Source: Acidimicrobiia bacterium
Lineage (GTDB): Bacteria; Actinomycetota; Acidimicrobiia; Spongiisociales; DATADW01
DNA: 61,199 nt
Direction: 5' to 3'
Assembly: GCA_036258335.1 (NCBI GenBank)
Contig: DATADW010000083.1
Coordinates: 1-61,199, forward strand
Position numbers and translations under genes: made by a program. The notes under the pieces were generated by a model that ran no database searches, was not told where the DNA came from, and was given only the letters and a program-made list of their open reading frames with translations. Positions 28,624 through 37,599 of this stretch are shown here, piece by piece (positions within the stretch are counted from its first letter, which is position 1; the number at the start of each line of letters is the position of its first letter).

Positions 28624-29757
28624 TCAGATTTCCAGGTTGATGGTGACACCCAGCGCCTGGGCCGCCCGGGCGATGCTCTCACCCTGCGCCTCCATCGATT
28701 CGATCGCTTCGAGCAAAGCCTCCCTTGCCGGGTCGCCGTCCGGTGCCTGGATCATCTGATCAAAGGTCGTCGGAAAGCCCTCGGCCAGCGAGACACTGTT
28801 GTCGAGTTGCTCGCGGAGGGTGGTGTCGAGTTCGGGGTCGGACTGGGCAACCAGGTCCGATAGGGACGGCCCATCGACGCCCTCCATCTCGGCCAGGTAC
28901 ACCATTCTCACTCCGCGGGCGTTACCCAAGACGTCGGCGTTGGTGTTGTCGGAGAAGCAGGAATGCTCATCCTCTTGGTCCCTCGTCTCGTATGCGACCG
29001 CCATTCGCTCGCCGGCAAGCTCGCCGGCGGAGAGGGCGCCGATCCCGCGCAGCATCTTCTGCAACGCCGCTTGGGGATCAGCGAGGAACTCGGGCCGGTA
29101 GCCGTCAGTTGCCTCCGGGTCCCACGCATCGCGCACCGCGGTGAGGTCGGTGACCAGCTGCGCGGTGGCCAGCCGCAGGTACTCGGCGCGACGCTCGGAG
29201 TTGGCAGCATCGACATAGTCGGTGACCGGCCTTGCTCCTGGTCCGTCGGCGCTCAAGTCCTGGCCCCACAGGAGGAATTCGATGGCGTGCCAGCCGGTGG
29301 AGATGTTGGTCTCACCACCCTCCTCGTTAACAGACACAAGGACGTCGGGATCGATCTCGGGGAACTCGTCGACCATGTTGATGATCCCGGCATCGGGATC
29401 GCCGTCCACGTAGTCGACATACGCCTCGTCCATCGGCCATGCGTTGATTTGCCCCTCGGGGCCGTTCTCGGGGTTGTCGATCGGCCCGTCATAGAAGCGG
29501 AACGCCTCGGTGGGGCCGTAGTCGTCGCGGGCGTCCAGCCAAGCCTGTTGCGCCGCCGCCAGGTTGTCCTCGGTGGGGTCGGCCAGAAAGGCATCGATAG
29601 CCGACTTCATCTCGGTTGCCGACGCCACGGAAGCGTCGTAAGCGGTGTGCACGAGATCGGCGTACGTCTCGGCTACGGCTTCAGGGGTGGCCTCTTCCGA
29701 GCCGCCGCAAGCGACCAAGAGGGCCAACAGCACTGTCGCGGTGGTCCCTCTGCGCAT
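28624..29757 (-). CDS. imelysin / IrpA-like iron-regulated lipoprotein
   Basis: Starts MRRGTTATVLLALLVACGG (lipobox). Canonical GWHAIEFLLWGQD (HxxE) and FRFYDGPIDNPENGPEGQINAWP are present. Confidence 0.8.
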   Translation of the reverse strand: MRRGTTATVLLALLVACGGSEEATPEAVAETYADLVHTAYDASVASATEMKSAIDAFLADPTEDNLAAAQQAWLDARDDYGPTEAFRFYDGPIDNPENGPEGQINAWPMDEAYVDYVDGDPDAGIINMVDEFPEIDPDVLVSVNEEGGETNISTGWHAIEFLLWGQDLSADGPGARPVTDYVDAANSERRAEYLRLATAQLVTDLTAVRDAWDPEATDGYRPEFLADPQAALQKMLRGIGALSAGELAGERMAVAYETRDQEDEHSCFSDNTNADVLGNARGVRMVYLAEMEGVDGPSLSDLVAQSDPELDTTLREQLDNSVSLAEGFPTTFDQMIQAPDGDPAREALLEAIESMEAQGESIARAAQALGVTINLEI

Positions 29758-29788
29758 CCCATTCCCTCCAAGACCCGGTGGGGTTCAC

Positions 29789-29807
29789 TGCTGTTAGGCG
29801 AACCTAA
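29789..29807. promoter_or_regulatory. IdeR/DtxR-type iron box candidate
   Basis: TGCTGTTAGGCGAACCTAA matches the consensus TTAGGTTAGGCTAACCTAA at 15 of 19 positions. It contains the dyad TTAGG-N4-CCTAA and lies in the 67-bp divergent promoter between the IrpA-like gene and the HTTM gene. Confidence 0.6.
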
Positions 29808-29824
29808 TATCCACTATCACCATC

Positions 29825-31183
29825 GTGCAAAATCCCCCAAGCCGTGTCCTGGCCTGGCACCGCACCCTTGGGCGTCCGGTCGACGGAGCGTCGCTGGCGG
29901 TCTTTCGGATCGCTATCGGGTTCGTGGGGGCGGTATCGATCGGTCGTCTCTTCGCCAATGGATGGATCGAGGCGCTCTATGTGGCGCCGCAGCACCATTT
30001 GCGCTTTCCCGGCCTGGCGTGGGTCCCGGTGCCACCCGAGTGGGGAATCAGGGCGCTGGCCGTATTGGCCGGCTGTGCTGCGGTGGCCACAGCACTGGGT
30101 TGGCGTCACCGCACGGCTGCCGCTTTGTTCGCCATCGCTTTTACCTGGCTGGAGCTGGTAGAGGCGACCACATTTCTCAACCATTACTGGCTGCTCTCGC
30201 TGATGGCGGCGCTGTTGGCGGCGGTGCCTGCCAACCGCGCCTGGTCGCTCGACGCGAGGGCGGGGCGCGCAGGCGGCCCGGTACCCCTCGGCGCGGTGTG
30301 GGTCCTCCGGCTCCAACTGGCGGTGGTCTACTTTTTCGCCGGCGTGGCCAAGCTGCATCCAGACTGGCTCTTGGACGGTGCTCCTTTGCGGTTATGGCTC
30401 CCCGGGCGCGGGGATTTGCCGTTGATCGGCCCGCTGCTGGCCGCCCCTGGCGTAGCGCTGGCGCTGAGCTGGGCGGGTGCGCTGTTCGACCTGACCATCG
30501 TTGGCTTCCTCCTGGTGCGACGGACGCGCCTCTGGGCGTGGATCGCCGTGGTCGCCTTCCACGTGGCCACTTGGGCGCTGTTCCCCCGCCTTGGAGTGTT
30601 CCCCTGGGTGATGATCGCCCTCACCACGATCTTCTTCGCACCTGACTGGCCCCGACGGCTGGTGGCGCGTTCGGTATCGGAGCCGCCTCCGGCGGTGCGG
30701 GAGAGGGCTGGCTGGCCGGCTGTCGCCACTGCAGCGCTCGTGGTGTGGACAGCGGTGCAGTTGGCGCTCCCGATGCGTCATATCGCCTACCCAGGTGATG
30801 CCCGCTGGACAGGGGAGGGATTCCGTTTTGCCTGGAACGTCCTGGCGGTGGAGAAGGTCGGCTGGATCAGCTTCCGTGTCACCGACCCGGGAGGACGCAC
30901 CTGGGTGGATGATGGGTCCGGTCTCTACACCGAGTCGCAACGGAGGGTGGCGCCAGCGGAGCCGGACATGATCGCCCAGATGGCGCTGGCGCTGGCCGAG
31001 GCGGAGGGCCCGGGCACCGAGGTGCGGGTGGATGCGTTCGTGTCGGTCAATGGCCGCGAGGCGGAGAGGATCATCGACCCCGAGATCGACATGGCCTCAC
31101 TCCAACCGGGGACGAGGCCCATCGACTTCATCCTGGCGCCGCAGGGCGGCACGACGACGGCCGCGGAAGGGAGTGAACGATGA
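29825..31183 (+). CDS. HTTM-domain (vitamin-K-carboxylase-like) integral membrane protein
   Basis: VDGASLAVFRIAIGFVGAVSIGR and FLNHYWLLSLMAALLA are typical of the HTTM N-terminal region. 452 aa, GTG start. Confidence 0.8.
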   Translation: MQNPPSRVLAWHRTLGRPVDGASLAVFRIAIGFVGAVSIGRLFANGWIEALYVAPQHHLRFPGLAWVPVPPEWGIRALAVLAGCAAVATALGWRHRTAAALFAIAFTWLELVEATTFLNHYWLLSLMAALLAAVPANRAWSLDARAGRAGGPVPLGAVWVLRLQLAVVYFFAGVAKLHPDWLLDGAPLRLWLPGRGDLPLIGPLLAAPGVALALSWAGALFDLTIVGFLLVRRTRLWAWIAVVAFHVATWALFPRLGVFPWVMIALTTIFFAPDWPRRLVARSVSEPPPAVRERAGWPAVATAALVVWTAVQLALPMRHIAYPGDARWTGEGFRFAWNVLAVEKVGWISFRVTDPGGRTWVDDGSGLYTESQRRVAPAEPDMIAQMALALAEAEGPGTEVRVDAFVSVNGREAERIIDPEIDMASLQPGTRPIDFILAPQGGTTTAAEGSER

Positions 31184-31524
31184 GCGTGGTGCGGATCAAC
31201 GTGATCGAGGTGCCCGAGGGAAGGGCCGAAGAGTTGGAGAGGCGTTTCGCCAACCGGGCCGGAGCGGTGGACCAAGCTCCCGGATTCCTCGGCTTCGAGC
31301 TCCTCCGGCCCACCGGCGGAGGGACCAGCTATTTCGTCTACACGCGATGGGAATCCGAGAAGGCCTTCGAGACCTGGCGCTCCAGTGCTGCCTTCGGGAC
31401 CGGGCACGCCCAGCACACGGCAGAGGGACCGGTCGGGACCGGATCCGACCTGCTCAGCTTCGACGTGGTGATCGAGTCGAGGGGCGCTCAGCCGGACAGG
31501 GCCGGGATCACCGACTCGCCGTAG
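31180..31524 (+). CDS. mhuD: IsdG-family haem-degrading monooxygenase, MhuD-like
   Basis: MSVVRINVIEVPEGRAEELERRFANRAGAVDQAPGFLGFELLRP...YFVYTRWESEKAFETW aligns with M. tuberculosis MhuD. Asn7, Trp66 and a His at 75/76 are retained. ATGA overlap with the HTTM stop. Confidence 0.85.
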   Translation: MSVVRINVIEVPEGRAEELERRFANRAGAVDQAPGFLGFELLRPTGGGTSYFVYTRWESEKAFETWRSSAAFGTGHAQHTAEGPVGTGSDLLSFDVVIESRGAQPDRAGITDSP

Positions 31525-32495
31525 GCCTCGAGGGTGGCGTCGGCATCGTCGTGCATCAAGTAGAGGGCGAATTGGTCCACCCCGAGACCGCGTAGTTCCT
31601 CGAGCCTCTCGAGGTGTCGGTTCGCCGGGCCGAGGATGCAGAACCGGTCGACGATGTCGTCGGGGACGAAGTCCGTACTCGGGTTGCCCGCTCGGCCGTG
31701 GTGGGTGTAGTCGTACTCCTGGCGTCCCTTGATGTACGAGGAGAGGGCGCTCGGGACCTTGCTCTCGTCGCTTCCGTATCTGTTGACCAGGTCCACGACA
31801 TGGTTGCCGACCATCCCGCCAAACCAGCGGAGTTGCTCGCGCTGGTGTGCGACGTCATCCCCGATGTACGCCGGCGCAGCCACACAGATTGTGACCTCCG
31901 ACGGGTCTCGTCCGGCTGCGGCCGCCGCCTGGCGGACCGACCCCGCCGTCCACTGCAACAGTTGTGGGTCGGCAAGCTGGAGGATGAACCCGTCAGCCTC
32001 GCCCCCGGCCAGCTCCAGCGCCTTGGGGCCGTAGCCTGCCACCCAAACCGGAAGGTCCCACCCGCCGTCGGGCACCCACGGGATGCGTAGCTCCTTGCCC
32101 CGCACCCTGACGCTTTCCCCGGCAACAAGCCCCTTGATCACTCGCATCGACTCCGACATGGTGGCAAGGGTGGTGGGGGGGCGGCCGATGAAGCGCAGCG
32201 CCGAGTCCCCTCGCCCCATCCCGCAGATGGTCCTCGGCCCGTACATCTCGTCGAGCGTGGCAAACAGCGACGCCAGCACCGTCCAATCGCGGGTTCCGGG
32301 GTTGGTCACCATTGGCCCGATCACCATCCGATCGGTAGCGGCCAGCATCGCCGAGTAGATGACGAAGGGCTCCTCCCACAGGATGTGCGAGTCAAAGGTC
32401 CACCCGTGGGTGAAGCCGAGCGACTCGGCCCTGGCGGCCAGTTCGATCACCCGACTGGAGGGTGGGTTGGTCTGAAGGACAACCCCGAAATCCAC
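31488..32495 (-). CDS. LLM-class (luciferase-like) F420-dependent oxidoreductase
   Basis: 335 aa with a TIM-barrel LLM pattern (GFTHGWTFDSH, VAGYGPKALELAGGEADGFIL). The 3' end overlaps mhuD by 37 nt in convergent orientation. Confidence 0.75.
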   Translation of the reverse strand: MDFGVVLQTNPPSSRVIELAARAESLGFTHGWTFDSHILWEEPFVIYSAMLAATDRMVIGPMVTNPGTRDWTVLASLFATLDEMYGPRTICGMGRGDSALRFIGRPPTTLATMSESMRVIKGLVAGESVRVRGKELRIPWVPDGGWDLPVWVAGYGPKALELAGGEADGFILQLADPQLLQWTAGSVRQAAAAAGRDPSEVTICVAAPAYIGDDVAHQREQLRWFGGMVGNHVVDLVNRYGSDESKVPSALSSYIKGRQEYDYTHHGRAGNPSTDFVPDDIVDRFCILGPANRHLERLEELRGLGVDQFALYLMHDDADATLEAYGESVIPALSG

Positions 32496-32677
32496 GACCC
32501 CAACCCTATGCCGGCGCGCACCGAGCCAGGCGGATATCGGAACTCGACCGGACGCCGTTCAGGCTCTTCCTCCGAGAGGGCTGCTGCTATTCAACCCGGC
32601 CACCGGTTTGCCTCCCGGTCACCGTGATCCCATCCGGTGCGAGCCGACGAGATCGACTCCGGTCTGCGAGGCGTTCG

Positions 32678-32863
32678 CTATGCCACCTGGCCAGCTACCA
32701 ATCCGGCGCCGACCTCCTCCAGCGGCATGAAGAACCAATGGCCCGCCTCGCAGTCGACGGTCCCATGGACAACGGGTCCATGCGTTGATGGAAGCGGCCT
32801 CATCTCGCCCAGCGAGGCCGAAGCGCCACAGCCCGGTTCGGGGCATTCGACTCTCTTGCTCAT
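32678..32863 (-). CDS. small Cys/His-rich (zinc-ribbon-like) protein, 61 aa
   Basis: ATG 32863 is preceded by GAGAGGG at 6 nt. The product is MSKRVECPEPGCGASASLGEMRPLPSTHGPVVHGTVDCEAGHWFFMPLEEV. It is the inner part of track ORF 32678..33034. Confidence 0.45.
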   Translation of the reverse strand: MSKRVECPEPGCGASASLGEMRPLPSTHGPVVHGTVDCEAGHWFFMPLEEVGAGLVAGQVA

Positions 32864-33167
32864 TCTCGACCCTCTCGAAACGCCGTTTCCCGCTCCACCT
32901 TGGCGGGCTTCCACACCGCCCGGGTGCAGGCTGCTGCGGCCCGGATCAATCTCCGTCACGGGGATTTCGAGGGCGCATGGGCAACCATCGTGGACGCCGA
33001 GGCGGCGCTCGGGTGGGTCTCGACCGGGACACAAACGGAGAGCAGCGGATCTGTTGGCTGCGATGGGCGTGGTGTTATCCGAGGGGGATGCTCCTGCTGA
33101 CAGCGAGCGAACGGCGGGAGCACGGTGAGGCGATCCTCACTGATGACGTTCGACGGCCGTCTGTGCT

Positions 33168-34661
33168 TCAACGGTGTTGCGGGAAACCGAGATCGACCCC
33201 GCGGTGGATGGGGTCGGGCCAGCGCCCGATCACAACCTTGGGTCTGGTGTAGAAGCGGACGCCGTCGGGTCCGTATATGGCGTGATCGCCAAAGATCGAG
33301 CTCTTCCAACCGCCGAACGAGTAGAAGCTCAACGGGACGGGGATGGGGACGTTGATCCCCACCATGCCCACCTGTATCTCGTTCTGGAATTTCCTCGCCG
33401 CCCCGCCGTCGTTGGTGAACACCGCGGTCCCATTGCCATAGGGGTTGCGGTTGACCAGGTCGATTGCCTCCTCGTAGTGGTCCACACGCACCACGCTCAA
33501 CACGGGGCCGAAGATCTCGTCCTGGTAGATCGACATCTCAGGGGTGACCTGGTCGAAGAGACACGGGCCGAGGAAGAAGCCATCCTCGTGCCCGCTGACG
33601 GTGAGGTCCCTGCCGTCCTCGACCAATTGGGCGCCTTCGTTGATCCCCTTGTCGACGTACGCGGCAACCTTGTCACGGTGCTCGGCGGTGATCAGCGGGC
33701 CCATCTCGGCGTCTGGGTCGAGCCCGTTGCCCACGGTGAGCCCGCCGATCCGCTCCCGCATGGCGCTGAGCAGTGAGTCGGCGGCGTCGCCGACCGTGAC
33801 GACCACGGAGATCGCCATGCACCGCTCACCGGCCGACCCGTAACCGGCGGAGACGGCGGCGTCGGCGGCCAGTTCCATGTCGGCGTCGGGCAGTACCACC
33901 ATGTGGTTCTTGGCACCGCCCAGTGCCTGCACACGCTTGCCGTGGGACGTCCCCGTCTCGTAGATGTACCGGGCAATCGGTGTGGAGCCGACGAAGCTGA
34001 CCGCGGCGATGTCGGGGTGCTCGAGGATGCGGTCCACCGCCACCTTGTCACCGTGGACCACGTTGAAGACCCCGTCGGGCAACCCGGCCTCGGCGAGTAG
34101 TTCGGCACATAAGACGGACGCCGACGGATCCTTCTCCGAGGGCTTGAGGACGAAGGTGTTGCCGCAGGCGATGGCGATCGGGTACATCCACATGGGGACC
34201 ATGGCCGGGAAGTTGAATGGGGTGATCCCGGCGACAACGCCGAGCGGCTGGCGGATCATGTAGGTGTCGACACCCCGAGACACGTTCTCGGAGTAGTCCC
34301 CCTTGAGCAGGTGGGGAATACCGCAGGCGAACTCGATGACCTCCAGTCCCCGCTGCACCTCGCCGAGGGCATCGGCGAGAGTCTTGCCGTGCTCGCGGGT
34401 GAGGATCCGCCCGATGTCTTCCTTGTGCTCGACTGCGAGCCGGCGGAACTCGAACATGACGTTGGCCCGCGTGGTAAGGGCGCTGTCCTTCCAGATTTCG
34501 AATGCGGACTTGGCCGCGGCGACGGCTTCGTCAACCACATCGGCTGAGGCGAAGGCGACTTCCGCTTGAGGCTGTCCGGAGGCCGGGTCGAACACGGTCC
34601 CCGTCCGTTCCGGCGTTCCGTCCCAGGGTTTGCCGTTGATCCAGTGCTTGATGAGATTCAC
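33168..34661 (-). CDS. mmsA: CoA-acylating methylmalonate/malonate-semialdehyde dehydrogenase
   Basis: FNFPAMVPMWMYPIAIACGNTFVLKPSEKDP, catalytic Cys in GERCMA, and the C-terminal PIPVPLSFYSFGGWKSS typical of MmsA. Confidence 0.9.
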   Translation of the reverse strand: MNLIKHWINGKPWDGTPERTGTVFDPASGQPQAEVAFASADVVDEAVAAAKSAFEIWKDSALTTRANVMFEFRRLAVEHKEDIGRILTREHGKTLADALGEVQRGLEVIEFACGIPHLLKGDYSENVSRGVDTYMIRQPLGVVAGITPFNFPAMVPMWMYPIAIACGNTFVLKPSEKDPSASVLCAELLAEAGLPDGVFNVVHGDKVAVDRILEHPDIAAVSFVGSTPIARYIYETGTSHGKRVQALGGAKNHMVVLPDADMELAADAAVSAGYGSAGERCMAISVVVTVGDAADSLLSAMRERIGGLTVGNGLDPDAEMGPLITAEHRDKVAAYVDKGINEGAQLVEDGRDLTVSGHEDGFFLGPCLFDQVTPEMSIYQDEIFGPVLSVVRVDHYEEAIDLVNRNPYGNGTAVFTNDGGAARKFQNEIQVGMVGINVPIPVPLSFYSFGGWKSSIFGDHAIYGPDGVRFYTRPKVVIGRWPDPIHRGVDLGFPQHR

Positions 34662-34718
34662 GAATGTCCTCCGGCTCCCTCCGAGCCTAGGACGGCGGAC
34701 ACGGGTGGGGAACCGCCT

Positions 34719-36131
34719 TCAGATCAGGTACTGGTTGGTCTCCCGGGGCAGGTAGCGCCCGTCGCCAGGCGACCCGTGGTACTCGCCGTCGGCGATGACC
34801 ACCTTTCCTCTGGAGAGAACGGTTTCGATCGACCCGGCGACCTCCATGCCCTCGTAGCAGGAGTAGTCGGTCCGCATATGGTGGGTGTCGGCGGAGATGA
34901 CCATCGGACGATATGGGTCGAACACCACGATGTCGGCATCAGATCCCACCGCGATGGTGCCCTTGCGCGGGTAGAGCCCGAACATCCTCGCCGGGGTGGA
35001 GGCGCACACTTCGACCCAGCGGTTGATCGACAGACGCTCCTCGGCGACGGCACCGTGGTAGATGAGTTGCATGCGGTGCTCCACCCCGGGCAACCCGTTT
35101 GGAATCTTGGAGAAGTCGCCCTCCCCAAGCCGTTTCTGTCTGCCCAATTCGGGATGGTCCTCGAAGTTGAAGGGGCAGTGGTCGGTCGACACCACTTGCA
35201 AATCGTTGGTGGCCAGTCCGGCCCACAACGCTTCATGGTGGCCCTCGGCTCGGTCACGGAGCGGTGGGGAGCACACGTACTTGGCGCCCTCGAAGCCGTC
35301 GCCCAGGTCGTCCAAATCGAGGAAGAGGTACTGCGGGCAGGTCTCGGCGAACACATTGTTCGCCATGTCGCGGGCGATGGCGACCTCTTCGAGCGCTTCC
35401 TGCGCCGAGAGGTGGACTATGTAGAGGGGGCAACCGGCCACCTCGGCCAGCTTGATGGCGCGGTGGGTCGCCTCGCCCTCTAGGACCGACCGACGGACCA
35501 TCCCATGATGGATGGGATCCGTCTCGCCTGTGGCCAGCGCCTGCTCGATGAGCACGTCGATGGCGATGCCGTTTTCGGCGTGCATCATGATGGTCGACCC
35601 GTTCTCGGCCGCCTTCTGCATCGCCCGGAGGATTTCGCCGTCGGTCGAGTAGAAGACGCCGGGATATGCCATGAACATCTTGAACGAAGTGACCCCTTCG
35701 TCCATGGCCAGGTCCATCTCCTTGAGCGCCTGCTCGGTGACGTCGCCGACGATGAGATGGAACCCGTAGTCGATGGCGCAGTCACCTTCGGCTTTCGCCA
35801 TCCAGGCCTCGAAGCCCTCCATCAGCGACTGACCCTTTGTCTGCACGGCGAAATCGACGATCGTCGTCGTCCCGCCCCACGCCGCCGCTCGCGTGCCGGT
35901 CTCGAAGCTGTCCGAGGCAGCCGTGCCGCCGAAGGGGAGCTCCATGTGGGTGTGGACGTCGATCCCGCCGGGGACGACGAACTTGCCGGTGGCGTCGATG
36001 GTTTGGTCGGCCGTTCCTTCGAATGTCCCCGGTGTGAGCAGCGCAGCAATCCGCTCGTCCTCGATCAGTACATCGGCGGCCGTGCTGTCGGTGGCGGTGA
36101 CGACTGTCCCGTTGGCGATGAGCGTCCGCAT
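34719..36131 (-). CDS. dihydropyrimidinase / D-hydantoinase
   Basis: Starts MRTLIANG after AGGGAGG. Contains GGIDVHTHMELPF, SFKMFMAY (carboxylated Lys), HAENG and VSTDHCPF. Confidence 0.9.
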   Translation of the reverse strand: MRTLIANGTVVTATDSTAADVLIEDERIAALLTPGTFEGTADQTIDATGKFVVPGGIDVHTHMELPFGGTAASDSFETGTRAAAWGGTTTIVDFAVQTKGQSLMEGFEAWMAKAEGDCAIDYGFHLIVGDVTEQALKEMDLAMDEGVTSFKMFMAYPGVFYSTDGEILRAMQKAAENGSTIMMHAENGIAIDVLIEQALATGETDPIHHGMVRRSVLEGEATHRAIKLAEVAGCPLYIVHLSAQEALEEVAIARDMANNVFAETCPQYLFLDLDDLGDGFEGAKYVCSPPLRDRAEGHHEALWAGLATNDLQVVSTDHCPFNFEDHPELGRQKRLGEGDFSKIPNGLPGVEHRMQLIYHGAVAEERLSINRWVEVCASTPARMFGLYPRKGTIAVGSDADIVVFDPYRPMVISADTHHMRTDYSCYEGMEVAGSIETVLSRGKVVIADGEYHGSPGDGRYLPRETNQYLI

Positions 36132-36264
36132 CGCGCCTCCCTGTGTCGCTGCGCCCACGCTAATCGGGTGCCTGTCCACGTAGGCCGGGCGGAGGCGGGA
36201 GGTCCCCGTGAGGAGAGGTGCTACGACGCGGCGCCCGCCGGCCCTTCGGCTTTCAGGGGAAATG

Positions 36265-37377
36265 TCACGAAGGAGCGGCCGAGCCACTCACTTCCTGGGT
36301 TCTTCCCGCCCGATTCGCAACGATGTGGTCGACGATGTGCTCGGCGTCGCGCCCCACTCCTCCCACAAGCGCCGAACTCAGCGAGTAGAGGAAGAGAAGC
36401 CCCATGAAGTAGAGCCCGGGGTAGGACTCCACGATGCCCCGAGCGTTGACGGGGACGCCGTTATGAGTGGGCAGAGGAAAATCGATCCAGTCGTAATCGG
36501 GGGTGAATCCGGTGCACCAGATGATGTTGGACACGTCCAAGACACGTCCGTCTTCGAGCATCGGATAGCCGTCCTTCACACCGGTCGTTCTCCCCACCCG
36601 TTCGATACCGGCAGCGGCGATGTCCTTGCGTCGCACCCTGCCCAGGGGAATGCCACGGGGCGGGTCGAGGAAGTGGTCGCGCATCTTCCTCCCGGGTGGT
36701 GTATTCACCGTGAACCGCGTCGCCATGAGCCAGAGCACGGGTGTGAGAAGTAGATCCAAACGGCTACCGGCACGGGTGGGCTCCTGACCCGTGTCCCGGC
36801 CCGACAACCACGTTTGGTGGTTCGCAGCGATTTCGATGGCGATCTCCGCGCCCGAGTTGCCCGCTCCCACTACGAGCACCCCCCCTTCACGGAGTTGGGA
36901 TGGGTTGCGGTAGTCCTTGGAGTGAAGCTGGACGATGCTCTCATCGAGTTCGGGGGCGAACGGCGGGATCCTGGGGTTGTTGTATGCGCCCGTAGCAACG
37001 ATCACGTTGTCGGCGAGCAGCGTGCCACTGTCACAGACCACCTCGAATCGATCGCCTGCCCGCGACAGTCGCTCGACTTTGACTCCGGTGCGGACGGGGA
37101 GGTCGAACTGGCGGGCATATGCCTCCAGGTAGTCGGCCGTCTCATCCTTTGTCGGGTAGCAGGAGGGCGATCCCGGGAACGGCAGTCCCGGAAGTCCGTC
37201 GTAGCGGCCCGGCGTGAACAGACTCAGGGAGTCCCACCTCTTCCGCCAGGCATCTCCGATCCTGTCGTTTTCGTCCAGGATCACAAAAGGCAGACCCCAT
37301 TGAGCGAGGTGATACCCAGCGGCCAGACCCGACTGGCTTCCACCGATGACCACGGTTCCGACTTCGTGATTGCTCAC
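36265..37377 (-). CDS. FAD/NAD(P)-binding flavoprotein monooxygenase-like oxidoreductase (CzcO/FMO type)
   Basis: Two dinucleotide folds (VVIGGSQSGLAAG and VVGAGNSGAEIA). GTG start after AGGAGAGG. Confidence 0.75.
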   Translation of the reverse strand: MSNHEVGTVVIGGSQSGLAAGYHLAQWGLPFVILDENDRIGDAWRKRWDSLSLFTPGRYDGLPGLPFPGSPSCYPTKDETADYLEAYARQFDLPVRTGVKVERLSRAGDRFEVVCDSGTLLADNVIVATGAYNNPRIPPFAPELDESIVQLHSKDYRNPSQLREGGVLVVGAGNSGAEIAIEIAANHQTWLSGRDTGQEPTRAGSRLDLLLTPVLWLMATRFTVNTPPGRKMRDHFLDPPRGIPLGRVRRKDIAAAGIERVGRTTGVKDGYPMLEDGRVLDVSNIIWCTGFTPDYDWIDFPLPTHNGVPVNARGIVESYPGLYFMGLLFLYSLSSALVGGVGRDAEHIVDHIVANRAGRTQEVSGSAAPS

Positions 37378-37407
37378 TTTGCCTCTCCTGCTGCGGGCGT
37401 ACCGCCG

Positions 37408-37452
37408 AAACTAAGAAGATTCCTGGTTACTGGATATCGGGAATTCTCCTCA
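37408..37452 (-). promoter_or_regulatory. promoter-operator block, copy 1 (proximal to the flavoprotein gene)
   Basis: The minus strand reads TGAGGAGAATTCCC GATATCCA N17 TAGTTT. The -10-like hexamer ends 30 nt before GTG 37377. Confidence 0.5.
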
Positions 37453-37547
37453 CATGATCGGAACGGCCCGTACCTTCCCCCACAGATTGTCAGGGGGCTC
37501 CCACTGTCCGCCGCACGCCACCCGTCTCCTCTTCTTCCCTGAAGGGA

Positions 37548-37592
37548 ACGGTATGGGTCGACGTCTTGCCCGGCTATCGGGAGTTCTCCCCA
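37548..37592 (-). promoter_or_regulatory. promoter-operator block, copy 2
   Basis: The minus strand reads TGGGGAGAACTCCC GATAGCCG N17 TACCGT. Copies 2 and 3 share TATGGGTCG, an 11-nt spacer, then GGCTATYGGGAGTTCTCCCCA, read on the plus strand. Confidence 0.5.
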
Positions 37593-37599
37593 ACCCGAC

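Noticed and set aside
32864-33167. A 66-aa plus-strand ORF (32900..33100) whose first 43 codons have coding-like GC3: LAGFHTARVQAAAARINLRHGDFEGAWATIVDAEAALGWVSTG.
   Set aside because: No start context and the composition decays after about 130 nt. It could be a gene remnant, but I cannot assign a family, so it is left unannotated.
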